DNA of 64,000 bases, taken from positions 558,001 through 622,000 of the forward strand of contig CP158635.1 of NCBI GenBank assembly GCA_050273025.1, written 5' to 3'. This DNA is from Cenococcum geophilum (Eukaryota). Position 1 is the first letter of the stretch. Every line of letters begins with the position of its first letter. The notes under the pieces are model-generated. The model ran no database searches. It was given only the letters and a program-made list of their open reading frames with translations, and was not told the origin of the DNA. Positions 50,278 through 63,455 of the stretch are shown piece by piece. The translations under genes were made by a program, and so were the position numbers.

Positions 50278-53200
50278 CTAAGTCAATACTATACGCTATA
50301 TATTATAGTGCGTAGATTGCGCATTTGGCCGCTAAATGCCGCCAAATGCTGTAAAAATGCTGGTAAATTTTTTCCTGACGCAGATAGGAAGTCACGGTGT
50401 AGTTAGTTAGCTGGTAAAAAAGCAATTGGTAAGAAGAAAAGAAAAGAGTATATTAAAGGAAAACTATAGGTCTATTTTTTCCTAAGTAAGTTATTAAGGA
50501 CTTTAGGGCTTTAAACTAATCTATATAACTTATAAAAGGCCTAGGCTTACCTAAAGCTATACCTAATCTAGATATTAAATCTAGGGGGCTAAATTACACT
50601 ACTATATACCTCCCCTACCTAAGTTATTATCCCTTAACAACTTCTAAAACTCCTTACTCCTTATACTTCCCTATCTTTAAAATAACGGCGTAGTAGGTAA
50701 CCGTATACGCTCCTTACCCTTACTATAAACCTAAGATAGTAAATAAGGAGACTCTATTCTGGTTAAATGAGACCGCTCTTATCCGCCTGTTTAAGCAGTA
50801 TAAGAGGTATTAGACTAATAGTTTTTTTATATCTTTCTATCTACTTAATTCTATCCTATAACTCTTTAGGTAACTTTATATAACTTTAGCCTTCTGTAAT
50901 AATAGAGGGTACCTTACTTAGGTTTATTGTAATAGTTAAAGGATTAATTCTATTACTAATGTAGTAGAAGTATAAGCGGCTATTAAAGCGCTCTATTTTA
51001 GTTATGTATATAAGATAGAACACATCCTTATAGTTTTTAATAGCTCTAAAACGGTAGAAATATATCTATTTCCTAACTTCATTCCCATTACTATTAAAAA
51101 GGAGGTTATAATCTTAATGTTATGGACGCTTTAAGTACAATATTACAACTACTTGGAGAAGAGTCGGAAGAAGCTAGTTAGTTAATTTAGGCACGGTCTA
51201 GGATGGAGCCGATAGAGCTATGTAATAAGGAATAGTAACTAAGGTTATATAATATTGTACGTAGTGTACGCAGTATATAAAGGGAACGTATATATAATAC
51301 GTATAATACGTACCTTATATATAAAGGGGATTTCTTAGGAGTATGGTTGTGTATTTAAAGGACTATAGTCCCTACCTAGATAGTTCTCTCCTTTGTAGTA
51401 AATCTTAGAATATAATTAGAGTTAATCTGTTAGGCAACCACTCCACTAGTTATTATTACATTGTTAACTATTCTATACCTATATACCTAGCCTATTAACA
51501 AGTTCACCGTAGTACCTATTATAAGGCTTCGTTATATATTTACTACTAAGGTTATAGTAAAAGAAGTTAAATAATATGCCACTAAAAGCACTAGCTATAA
51601 TGCCGTTAACGGCAGCAACTATATTAAGATTAGGTAACGATACTAGTATAGTAGAAGACACTGACTTTTAGTTAGTTATCGTTAGATAACTATAGGAAAT
51701 AGTTAATTAATTAACGGACAATAATAAGATACTTAAAGAAAGGATTAGTGGGATCGGAGCAGCTAAGGTTAAGTTACCCTTAATTAAGCGATTTTTAGAA
51801 GAAAAGTTGAAACTTAAGGAATTCCTTACGTAAATGCACTTTAAGGTTATATAAGAAGGAGTTAAACTAGGAACGCCTATAGATTAAGTCACTTATATAG
51901 GATTATTCTTAACGGGAAGAGCACTTAAGTGGTTTAAATCTTACCTTATGGAAATACAAGAATATGGGATAATAACTACTAATTAAGAAGTCCGATATAT
52001 GTTCTTAAGTTAAAATAGGTTCGCGGAACGGTTAATATAGATATTTAGAGACCCAGAGGCAACTATAATAGTAGAAAGAAAGCTTTAAAACCTAGTATAG
52101 AGAACTTCAGCAATTGAGTATATAACGCAGTTTTAAATATTGGTAATATAGGTTAAATAAAACGATAAGGCGCTTATAGCACAGTATAAATAGGGACTTA
52201 AGGTAAAAGTCTAGGACGTAATTATTCTGATAGAAGATGCGGACACTCTTAGGAATTTAATTAATTAAGTAATTAAAATTAATAATAGGATTTACTAAAG
52301 AGAGTAGACTAAGAAGGGTTAGGATAGAGTTCTATAGTTATATAAGGTATAGGGCACATAACGATAAAGTTAAAGTTAAAAACTATAGTATAGCGTAGAG
52401 CTAATAGACCTAAGTAGTACTAAACAATCTAGAAAATGGAATAAGAAATTATGGAAACCTAGAGGATAAGGATTAAGTGATTAAAGGTCTAAGGAGTAGA
52501 GGCTAAACTAGGAATTATAATAGTAGAAGACGTTTAGGCGGACTCTATAGTAAGAAAAATGGGTTAAAGAAGGAGCTTACATAAATTGCGAAAAATAGGG
52601 TTATTACGTTAAAGACTATAAGAGTAGTTAGAATTACTACGTAGTAAAAGGAATAAGACTAGTAGACGATATATATATATAAAGGGATAATAATATGCTA
52701 TAAGGAACAAAGGAATGTTTAATTAAAAGTTTTACGTTTTGTTACAATAATGTATACTAAATTTATAAAGACGCTAAGTATAGCGTAAGCTATTAGCTAT
52801 AAAAGCCAAAAACTGTAGAATATAGAGGAACTAATAAACTAGATTATAGATCGGATTTTAAAGACGATAAACTTAATATAGGCGAAACATTTTATGATAA
52901 TAAGGTAATAAGAGTAGCTTACTAGAAGTATATAGACTTTAGAGATGTTATATAAGAGGTAAAGAATAATTCTACTATAGAATAAGGAATATTAGTTGGG
53001 ATTAAGACCTCACTAGATATGATATCTATCGCTTCGCGAGATATAGGAGAAGTAGGATAGTAAACCACTTCGGTACTTAATAAAGGTAAAAGGCCAAAGG
53101 CTTAAGATTCTTAAGATAAGATAAGGTAAGCTTAAAGACCTATAACAGACGATAACTAATAGAGTAGAGTAACGGCTTAGTTTAGTAATATATAAATAAG

Positions 53201-56200
53201 CTTAGGACAAAGTTTCTAAAGAATATAAGACTCTTAAGATAAGATAAGTGAGATTTAAGACTCTTAAAATAAGATGAAAACACTAGTAAAGCCTAGTTAG
53301 ACTAAGGCTAGAGCGAAGCTTAAGATAGAAGTAAGCTTAGGATTAAGAATCCTATAAAACTAAGATTTTTAGAAATAAATAAGGACTACTAAAGAAATTG
53401 CGAATAGAATCTAGCAATAGGATCGAAATGTTAATACTAAGATTAAGAAGTAAGAAGACTTTAAGGATCTAAGCGCGAGACGTAAACTAAAAGAAACTAT
53501 AGAAGAATTCCGGTAGAGAATTATCGCATAGCAAGAATAGAAACTAGATAAGAGATTTAGTATATTAGGACGTATAAGGGACAGAGCACTAGTATAAAGA
53601 ATTACTAATAGGCCTAGAGTAGGCATACTAAAAGCTAAGTAGCTTATTAAACTGGAAAACAAAGAGGATTTAGGGATCCCTACTAGGTTTAAAGAATAAT
53701 ATATAAAAGGCTATTATAATATAGTAATAAGAAGATACTTTCTTACGGATAAGCCGTATATACTCTAATAGCTATATTAAAAGTAGTATAGATAGCGATA
53801 CAATAATAAGTAGGAAGATTTCTATATGTAGTTGGATAAGCGAGTTATCTAGAACTACCCTATTATAGAGAAGGCCATAACTTATATTAAAGGAGCCTTA
53901 ATTATAACATTAAAGGATCTAGAGGAATAATTGGAGGATTAAAGGAGCGAAAGATGTATCTTAGTACTTGTGAATAAAGTCACAACGTTTAGATTAACAC
54001 GGTAAAGGTTTAAACTTAAAAATAAAGACGAATTAAGAGTTAACCCGAAGCACTTAGTATACTATACGCTATTATGGATTATATGCGTAGATAATATATA
54101 TAAAATATATAAGAATCTAAAAGAAAAGAATTGGAAATACCCTATAAGGATATATTGGGCGCCAGATAAGCAATAGTATAGAAATACTAAGTATATATAT
54201 AGCTGGCATCTAGTAGAAATCTAAGAAGAAGAAGATTTAATACTTTAACCAGGAAGATTTCTTACGGAAAAATGCTTAGACGGATAATAGTGGTGGGAAT
54301 ACCTAGAGAATATATGTCTATAGTATATTAAAATAAAAAGCAAACTAGGTATTAGTTAAAGGATAAGCTAAATACAGCAGGATTAAATAGCTAATAGTTA
54401 GGAAAAGTGGAGGCCTATAGAACTAGAGGGAGCTAGTAGTAGACCCTTAGACCCTTAAAGGAATTTAAGGACAATACTTAAATTTATAAGTTAAATAGTA
54501 AGATTAACAGTTTAAAGCGCTAATAGATAGTAGAGTAATAAGGAACCATATCTTACTAATAGTAGTTAAGAGAATGGGATTACTATATAAATAGAAGGTA
54601 CAACCTTACCTATTAGTTACAATTTTAGGAGATCTAATAACCTATAGAGGAGGGATTATTAATCTTAAAATAGGACCTATTTAGCTAACCATTAAAGGAA
54701 GATAAATTAAGATGTCTTTTAATATCCTACTATTAGGACGGGATAAGGCAGTATTAGGTATGCCTTAGTTATAGGAATACAATCTAAAGATTAATTAGAT
54801 TACAGGCTAAGTCGATATTAGAGAAACTTAACGCTGTAAAATGCGATAGCAAACTAAGTTAGTATAGTACTAAGTTAGTATAGTACTAAGTTGGAGCGAT
54901 ATATAAAGAGACTAAGCGAGGCTTAAGTTATATACTAAAAAGATACCATAAGTATGGCAAGAAACTATGGTTACTAAAAAGTAAAAAGCTGGTAGAATAT
55001 AGTATGGGATTATAAAATAGAGTTAGAACTAGGAATAAGTTTAAGGTTCTTTTTAACCTATAAGCTTACTTAAGAGGAGGTAAGCGCACTTAAAGAGTTT
55101 GTCTAAGAGAACTTATAAAAGGGATATATTAGACTATTATAGTCATTAGTAGGATATCTAGTACTATTTATACTAAAGAAGAACGGAAAACTTAGGCTAT
55201 GTATTAACTATAAATAGTTAAATAGCATTACTCGGAAGAATAGGTATCCTTTACCCTTAATTAGCGAAATCTAGGATTGGATAGGTAATGTGTAAATCTT
55301 TATAAAGATAGATCTGAGATAGGCGTACCATTAGATTAGAATTAAGAAAGGCGATAAATAAAAGGCAGCTTTTAGGTTAAGAGAAGGGCTATATAAACTA
55401 TTAGTTATATAATTCGGATTAATAAATACACCCGTAATATTTTAGAAAAGAATTAATAGTGTATTAGGAGAACACCTTAATGAGTTTATTATGGTATACC
55501 TTAACAATATTATTATCTACTTAATAACTAAGGAAGAATACGGGGAATATGTTAAATGGGTTTTAGGGAGACTATAGGAAGAATAGATATAAGTAGTAAT
55601 TGAGAAATACGAGTTCTTTATAAGAAAGACCGATTTTATTAGATTTATTATTAAACTAGGTTATATTAGTATAGACTTAAAGAAGATTAAAGCTATAGTG
55701 AGTTAGTAAGAACTAGAGAATGTAATATAGTTAAGGTTATTTTTAGGGTTTTGCAACTACTATAGAAGGTTTATAGTATAATAGTTAAAGAATATTAAAC
55801 CATTTACTAGGCTTATAAAGAAAGAGGAACTATAGGTATAGGGAGACGAATAAAGGAAGTTATTTAAAGAACTTAAGAAGTTGTTTACCCAGGAGCTAAT
55901 CCTTAAGATTTATTAACTAGGACTAGATATGGTTGTAAAAACGGACGTATTAGACTATATATTAGGAGTATGCTTGCTATAAAAGTATAAGGATGTATAA
56001 CACCTAGTAGTATACTATAGTAAAAAGATAACACCACTAGAGTTAAACTATAATGTCTATAATAAAGAGTTGTTAGGTATAGTTGCAGTACTAAAGGAAT
56101 AGAGAGCATTCTTATAAGGCGTAGAGAAACTATTTATAGTTAAGACGGATTATAAGAACCTAATGGGGTTCCTAATAATAAAAGAACTTAACTAAAGATA

Positions 56201-56867
56201 AGTTAGATAGGCAGAGATACTTACAGAATACTATTTTAAGATTTAGTATACTAAAGGAACTAAGAATATAAGGGTAGACGCACTTAGCAGAAAAGCTAAA
56301 CTGTAAAACAATAAGAAGCTATTAGGAGTAATGCTACGCAGAGATAAAGACGGGTTAATTAGATATAACTACCCTAAACTAGTAGCAACTTAAGAGGATA
56401 ACGAACTAGGAAGAGTCTATAAGACACTAGAGAGCTTTTAGGTATAAAGAATCTTTAAAGTATAGCTAGAGGAACAGTTGGAATATCTAGAAGAAGAGAT
56501 ACTATATAAGCATAGAGAGGTGAAGTATATCCTAAGAAGCATAGCAGAGTATTTTATAGAAAATTTCTATAAGGGAATAACTTAAGGACATAATGGAGCA
56601 ATAGGCTTAGTCTTAAGACTTTAAAAGGAATATATTATTAATAGAATCTAGAATATTGTAAGAAAAGTAATAAAAGAGTGTTTAGATTGTTAAAGGAATA
56701 AACTAATAAGGTATAAGCCGTATAAAGGGCTATAACCTATTAAAATACTAAAGAGACTATAGGAGGTTATATTATAGGACTTTATTATTAAGTTACTAAA
56801 GTTAAGAGACCCTATTACCGGATAAGATCACGATATAATCTTAGTAATAGTAGATAAGTTAACTAAG

Positions 56868-57940
56868 AGTCGTCTCCCCCTTCGCTCCTCCGTCGTCGTC
56901 GCTATGGCGCCGCTGACTATACAGCCCCTAAAGACACGTCACCGGACGCCAAATACCGGACACATCACAACCTCTACTACAACCTGTCTACAGCCATCAC
57001 GCTGCAGACGACCTCCACCATCACCTGTCTACAGCCATCGCTCTGCAGACGACCTCTACCATCACCTGTCTACAGCCATCGCGCTGCAGACGACCTCTAC
57101 CACAACCTGTCTACAGCCGTCAAGCTGCAGACGACCTCTACCACAACCTGTCTACAGCCATCGCGCTGCAGACGACCTCCACAACCTGTCTACAGCCGTC
57201 ACGCTGCAGACGACCTCTATCACTACCGCCACCACTACCACCACCACTACCGCTACAATATACCACACAACACCGCACTATAGGCGTACTGCAGATGCGC
57301 AGATAGGGTAGCTACAGCAGGGGGGGAAGAGGGCCGGCCCGTGTTACTTTAGCACGTAAAATATAAGGTGTATAGGCGAATTGGTGTTTATACCCTATAC
57401 AAGACAACCTTGTGAAAATTTTTCCTACTAGGGTGGGTTTATATAGCAAGGTTCGCCCTTATAAAATACTATTAGTAGCCTACTTTTGGGGAGAGTAGCT
57501 ATTAATTACTAATTCCCTACCTATTCTTAAGCAAGGAGAAGAAATGGGTTACATTACCGAAAAAAGTCGTATAGGAATAACTGGTAGTTATCTCCAAGCT
57601 GGCAAACTATATAAAGCCCTTTGTTTTTATATGCAAAACTATTACTAAATCTATCTTTTAGAGCGCTTTTTCTACTCTAGGAACGGCGGAATACGGCAGA
57701 AATAGATAAAAGAGCTAGGATTTCTTTATTTCCTTGGTGCAAACTAAATATTAGAGAGCAAAATACCAGGACGAAACTCCCCTAGCATTTAAAACGGGCC
57801 AGAGTGTCTACTTAGTTACTAGTACATGTTAAGCTGCCCTAAGGGATTCATGTATATAGGACTATAGCGCCATAGCCTAGAGGCTGTATGCGCAGTATTG
57901 TACGTAGTATAATACAATGGATATAAAAAAAATTAAAAAA
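56868..57940 (+). mobile_element. 1073-bp A-tailed SINE-like / non-LTR retroposed insertion in the chromovirus integrase
   Basis: 12-bp TSD AAGTTAACTAAG at 56856-56867 and 57941-57952; 3' A-rich tail; removal restores VDKLTK-WGYFIAC. Confidence 0.88.
56970..57220. repeat. 41-bp tandem repeat (~6 copies)
   Basis: Units ACCTCTACCACAACCTGTCTACAGCCATCGCGCTGCAGACG start at 56970, 57011, 57052, 57093, 57134 and 57175. Confidence 0.92.
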
Positions 57941-58863
57941 AAGTTAACTAAGTGGGGCTACTTTATAGCATGTATAGAAGAAATCTTAGTAGAGGATGTT
58001 ATTAAAATCTATATTAAAGAAGTATTTATAAGATATGGAGTACTAAGCAAAATTATATCGGATAGAGATTTAAGATTTGTAACAGTATTCTAGGAGGTAT
58101 TTTTAGCGGAGTAAAGAGTTTAAGTAGTAACTTCTACTGTATACTACCCGCAGATAGACAGTTAAATAGAAAGACTGAATTAGACGCTAGAGCAGTATTT
58201 AAGGCATTATATTAACTATATATAGAATAATTGGGTATTGTTATTACTAGTTATATAGTTTATATATAATGCAACACTATAGGAAGGAATAGGTATATTA
58301 CTATTTAAGGCAAATTATGGATATAAGTTAAGAATATTATTATCACTTTAATAAGCGAAGAAGATAAGTAGTATAGCTAAAGAAAGAATAAAGACGTTAA
58401 TAAATCTTTATATAGACCTTATAGAATTAGTAAAGAAAGTATAAAAAAGAATAAAAAAGTACTATAATGCTGAGAGATCTAAGGGACTAGATCTTAAGGA
58501 GGGAGATAAAGTATAGCTACTATATAAAAATTTTAAGAATTAACAATTAAGTAAGAAGTTGGACTACGTTAGACTAGGACCCTTTAAAATTATATAGAGG
58601 ATTTTACTAGTTACGTTTAAGTTAAACCTACTAGCTAAAATAAAGATCTACCCTATATAGTATATTATAATGCTAGAGCTAGTATATAGGAATATTAAGC
58701 TACTAGTTTACAAAGTAGATACGTATAGAGGACAAGAAGAAGATAAATGGTAAGTTTTAAAGATTATTAGTTATAAGGACATTAACGATAAAATATAGTA
58801 CGAAGTTAAGTGGATAGGCTATAATAAGACTACTTAGGAACTATTAGAGAATCTAAAGAACGC

Positions 58864-59514
58864 TATAGAAAAGGTATAGGAGTATTAGAAGAGATTAGGT
58901 TAGGCAGTATTAATAAAGAAGGATTGCTAAAGAATGAGTTACCTAAGGGGGACCTAAGAAGAGCAGTTGCCGAGCTACTTAGATCTATTTCCTTTTTGGT
59001 TAGAAGAGAATCTGTTTTTTTATTGCTAAGTTTCTATAAACCTTATTTTATAAGTTTCTACTCCTTAAAACGGACCTTTTTATAAACTTTTTTAAGACGG
59101 AGTAACTGAGCAGACGCCGCGATATAGGCCTTAAGAGCCTTCTGCTCTATATTATAAGAATATTCTAGCTTAGTAAGAGCCTAAGACAGTTTACTATTTA
59201 GCTACGTAGTAGTAGATTAAATATAAGACCCTAAGATAAATTAATTAGGGAACTAGACGACTATTAAGAGTAATAGGTTATATATATTTAGCATTAAAGA
59301 TAGAGCGAACGTTATAGGATAAACAAATATTCACTTTAGTGCACTCTAAGCAAGAGGACGGTTATCGCGAAAATAGGTTTGCTAATATAATATAAACTAA
59401 CCCTTCTTTTAAACAATAAGAATATAGAGACGGTATAATCTTACTAAGAGATAATATTGCAGTAATAGTGCGAGTATAACGTTACGCCTATAAAGAGGAA
59501 GGAGCTTTAGGTAT
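58864..59514 (-). pseudogene. Antisense accessory ORF of the chromovirus with Zn2Cys6-like cysteine spacing
   Basis: Reads IPSLYSYCLKEGLVYIILANLFSR*PSSCLECTKVNICLSYNVRS, de-RIPing to C-x2-C-x6-C-x12-C-x2-C-x8-C, then a likely intron and coiled-coil-like exon. Confidence 0.65.
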
Positions 59515-61024
59515 AATAAGCAATAATATTAACCAAATTAATTAGACGGACATTATACCTTTAGTAAATAACTTAGAGATATTTAGGATCTTTAAGGATA
59601 AAGATAAAGAGGAGGGAGATAGTGTTATAGACGCTTTAAGTATAATATTACGACTACTTAGAGAAGAGTTAGAAGAAGCTAGTTAGTTAATTTAGGTATG
59701 GTCTAGGATAGAGCCGATAGAGCTATATAATAAGGAATAGTAATTAAGGTTATATAACGTTATACGTAGTATATATAGTATATAAAGGGAATGTATATAT
59801 AATATGTATAATACGTACCTTACGTATAAAGGGGATTTCTTAGGAGTATAGTTGTGTATTTAAAGGACCATAGTCCCTACCTAGATAGTTCTCTCCTTTA
59901 TAGTGAATCTTAGAATATAATTAGAGTTAATCTGTTAGGCAACCACTCCACTAGTTGTTATTACGTTGTTAACTATTCTATACCTATATACCTAGCCTAT
60001 TAATAAGTTTACCATAGTACCTGCTACAAGGCTTTATTACACTTAAATTACCGCTAAAGAATCCTATTATCGTCTACCTAAAAGGGCGTTAGATAAGGCG
60101 CTAGCAGCTATAAGTTTAACTATAGTAGGGAAGCGGTATATGATTACGCTATAAAGATTAGTATATTTAGATAGTATATGGGGTAGCGCTTTTAAGTCTT
60201 AGTAAGCCTTTACTAGCCCTACCTAGGTTCCTCCTTCTATAACGTTAAGGTTATTATAATTGTCTTAAATACTAACAAACTATAGTAGTATTATTCGTTA
60301 GGTCCTAGTTAAAGGTCTACTTACTCTATAAGGAAAGTAAGGCATAGTTATACGTATATTTCCTTTTTTATATAGCTAAGCTACCTAGTTAGTTTATATA
60401 TTTCTCTACGTCCTTAGCAGTCTAGTTATAGTTTAAGATTTTATATACGAATCCGTCGCCCTTAGTTAATCCTTACGCTTTAAAATCTGCCTATTATAAT
60501 TTTAAGTAATAATATATACTAGGTAGAATAATTATATATTTATTCTTAGTCTTATTATTTAGAGAAACGCTCCCTTAGATTATATTAGCTCTATATTTAC
60601 TTTTTAGAAGTAAGGGAATATTAATATTAATATGGCGGAAAGCTATAGAGTCTCCTTTAATCGCGAATTTTTTATAATAAGGGTAGAAAATAAGTTGCCA
60701 CTAGCTATTAGACTAAAGAGTATAATAAAGACAATAATACTAAGGATCTTGTTTTATTAGCTGTTAGTAGAGACTATAGACAAACCTTTACCGCATATAT
60801 AACCTTACCAAAAGGTAGCGCCACACTCTAAAACTTACGCATACCCATCTTACCATTAAAAACAATCGATTTTCTAACTTTTAAGACCTAATTCCTACTA
60901 CCTAGGGAGCTAGAGGTGGATTTATTTGTCGTTTTACCCCCTTTTCCTAACAGAAAAATTTCTTTAAGGGTGGCCCTAGCTTATAAGCGAGGCACGAATA
61001 GAAATACTAAAACTACTATTACTA

Positions 61025-63455
61025 CGGAAGTCGCTAATATAGCCAATTGCACCTGCCTAATTAGGCAGTTTGGCTTACCGCTAACCAGCAAAATAACTTC
61101 TGCAGCTTTAACCCCGCTATTATACTAATAAACGCCACCAGAGCCCTATTATCTATATAAAAATAGCCTATAAGTAACTCTAAAGCTTTTAAATCCCTAT
61201 ATTAATTATGGTCTTCTACTAGCTCATAATTAGGGCGTAATCCCTAGCTATAAAGGCTATAGGAGCTATAATAGAGCATATCCAAAATATTACTTAAATT
61301 AAATGACACGCTCTTAATCGCGGCTGGAATCCTACTACAAATCCTCTTGTTCTTAACGGCTATATTATTAACGCTCCTCGGGCTAGTAGAAAGCTTAAAG
61401 TTACCTATAAATTTAAGCAGTAAATCCTTAAAAAAGTTACCTACAATTAATACGGTAGAGAAAAGTTTTACGCCTATATTACTGCTGAATATAGCTATTT
61501 AGCCTAAACCGTATAGCGAGTTCTATAACGTCATGGATATAGAAAGACAAAGCTAACTAAAAAGCCCTATCTCTTACCCGCGATAAAGGAAGCTCGTCTT
61601 TAGTTCGCTCTCCGGTATTAAAATTAGACAATTAACGATTAGAAAAACGTTATCTAGACTAATAAAATAGGCGTTATTCTACACTATAGGAAAGGTGGAT
61701 ATTAGCTCTGGCGCTTAGCTAAGGAACGTGTTAAGAAGTCGTCTATTTATCCTTAATTTATAAAGGCTACCAAATTTATATTCTAGGGCGGTTTCTTATA
61801 TAACTGGAAAGGTCTATACTATATCTGGAGGCCTAAAACAGCAAATAAGAAGAAGGCGTTAAAGCTAGAACTTAAGATAATAAATAAGGCAATAGAGCTA
61901 GAGCTTTAAGAGGCGTAGGAGCTTACCACTAGCCTATAACGACTGGGCCTTTATAATAAGCTAGGCAGGAAGCTAAGCTTCCATATAAATAAGGAGAATG
62001 GAGCCTTTAAGCGAAACTCTAAAAAGGCGGTATTAATTGGTATCGCTATCTTACTAAAATCCTCCTTCCAATCCTTATCCCATTCGCTATTAAGTACTAG
62101 ATTAATTGTCTAGATACGCTTATATAAGAAGATAAAGCTCTAGCTTACTTATTAAAGCACTAGCACATCTATTTTAACGCAGCTAGCCTTTAATAATTGC
62201 TTTAGCTAGGTAATTTACCGGATTTAAATATAATAGAACTATACTGGAACTACCTAAAGCAAGTTACTATAAAGAAGGGAGTATTTAGGAACCGAGTAGA
62301 AGCTAAGCAAGCTTAGTAGAAGGCGTAAGAGGAGCTTAAACAGTGGCGAATTTAAGCTTAGATTAAGCGAATTCCACGTTATATTTAAGAGGTTATTTGC
62401 TATAAAGGATGGAACGACTATTGCGAAGGCGCTGCTAACTGTGCACGAGATTGGAAGGCGCTTAAGAAGCTAGATCGATATCGCCGTTAAATAATTACTT
62501 ATATGTAACAGCAGGTACTTTTAAGCCTTAATTAAGTTAATAAGAATAAGCCTCTATTAAGGAAGCCCGAGCCACTAGAGCTTCTAGAGCTTATATAAAT
62601 AGGCCCTTATCTACCTTACGATTTAATTAATTTAAAACCTCTACACAACGATTAAGATCTAAAGCTTTGCCGCCGATGTCGCAATAAATGGGACCCCCTC
62701 TAGCCGCCCACTTAATCAAAAGCTTTCTCCCTTAAGCCTCCATTTAAGCCTCTACCACCTATTAAGCCTCCTCCTCTTCCTTAGCCGCGATTAATCTAGA
62801 ATTAACTAGATATAAAGGGCCGGAATATAAAAAAGGCAGCGTTTAAAATTAGCTTTGTAGAGCCTTAAATTAGGTAGCAGTAGGAGCGGCAGTAGGAATA
62901 GCAGCAGCAGGAAAAGCAGCAGAAGTAGTAGCAGGAGAAAGAATACCAGAAGGATATAAATATTAGGTAGAAGACAATTAATAATCTAAAAAGGAAGTGG
63001 GTAAGGAAGAAGGACTCTACTATATCTAATAGGGTTATAGATAAGGGCAGAGCCTCTACTAAGGCCTCTACTAGTAGGACAATTAACGTTAAATTAAGCT
63101 CTGTAGAGCCTTATATAGATCCTTCGCCAGAGGCTCTACTATACTAAGGCTCTATATAGAAGATTCTAAAGAAGGTAGGAAGGCGGCAGTGACTTAAATA
63201 TAGAGAGGGCTATATTTAACCAGTAGAGGACGTTCCTAAGCCTCTATAGGGCAGGAAGCTACGCTAGCGCAGAGCTTAATACCTTCTAATTAGCTAGCAT
63301 ATTAACTAATTAACCAAATATATATATATAGCATTTTATTTAAAGCTTTAAGAACGAATTTAATGCGTCTGGCGTTAAAATTCATATTCTGCCGGTTGGC
63401 GGTAAGCCAAACTGCCTAATTAGGCAGGTGTAATTGGCTATATTAGCGACTTCCG
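61025..63455 (+). mobile_element. Complete Tc1/mariner transposon (2431 bp), RIP-inactivated
   Basis: ~70-bp TIRs CGGAAGTCGCTAATATAGCCAATT... at 61025 and the reverse complement ending 63455; TA TSD at 61023-61024 and 63456-63457. Confidence 0.93.
61208..62480 (+). pseudogene. Tc1-like DDE transposase
   Basis: De-RIPed motifs DAPRAGR, KPTKKP.L, WKNVIWTDE, FMFWGGF, IDWYRY, QEDKAPAH, WPGNSPDLNMIE. Confidence 0.9.

Larger units (their letters stand above)
17179..50380 (+). mobile_element. Giant TIR DNA transposon (Plavaka/CACTA-like), 33.2 kb in situ, about 19.6 kb without nested inserts
   Basis: TIRs CGTTAGGAAAAAAGTTACCAGCATTT (from 17179) and AAATGCTGGTAAATTTTTTCCTGACG (to 50380); 2-bp TSD CA at 17177-17178 and 50381-50382; GCATTT/AAATGC subterminal arrays; internal Plavaka-type transposase. 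Confidence 0.88.
17155..50606 (-). repeat. Split 3' LTR (17155-17178 + 50383-50606) of an old Gypsy-like element whose body continues rightwards beyond 50607
   Basis: Rejoined sequence TATAAAAGAGTACGACCTCTCT-CA-GATAGGAAGTCACGGTG is homologous to the LTR start TGTGGGAGGGTACGACCACTCTCAGATAGGAAAGTCACAGTG at 42430; ends ...ACTATA followed by the same TACCTCCCC PPT. Confidence 0.85.
51118..60041 (+). mobile_element. Full-length Ty3/Gypsy chromovirus, RIP-inactivated
   Basis: 419-bp LTRs 51118-51536 and 59623-60041; TSD CTTAA (51113-51117, 60042-60046); PPT before 59623. gag from 51577 with CCHC ~52575, protease ALIDS (~54518), RT YLNNIIIY = YLDD (~55497), RNase H TD.S(D)Y (~55940), integrase, chromodomain YEVKWIGY..TT*E (~58800). 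Confidence 0.96.

Noticed and set aside
56970..57220. 41-bp repeats as a CRISPR array
   Set aside because: Head-to-tail units with no unique spacers, eukaryotic context, no cas genes.
56904..57311. 135-aa protein gene
   Set aside because: Mostly a frame-rotating translation of the 41-bp repeat with no recognisable domain.
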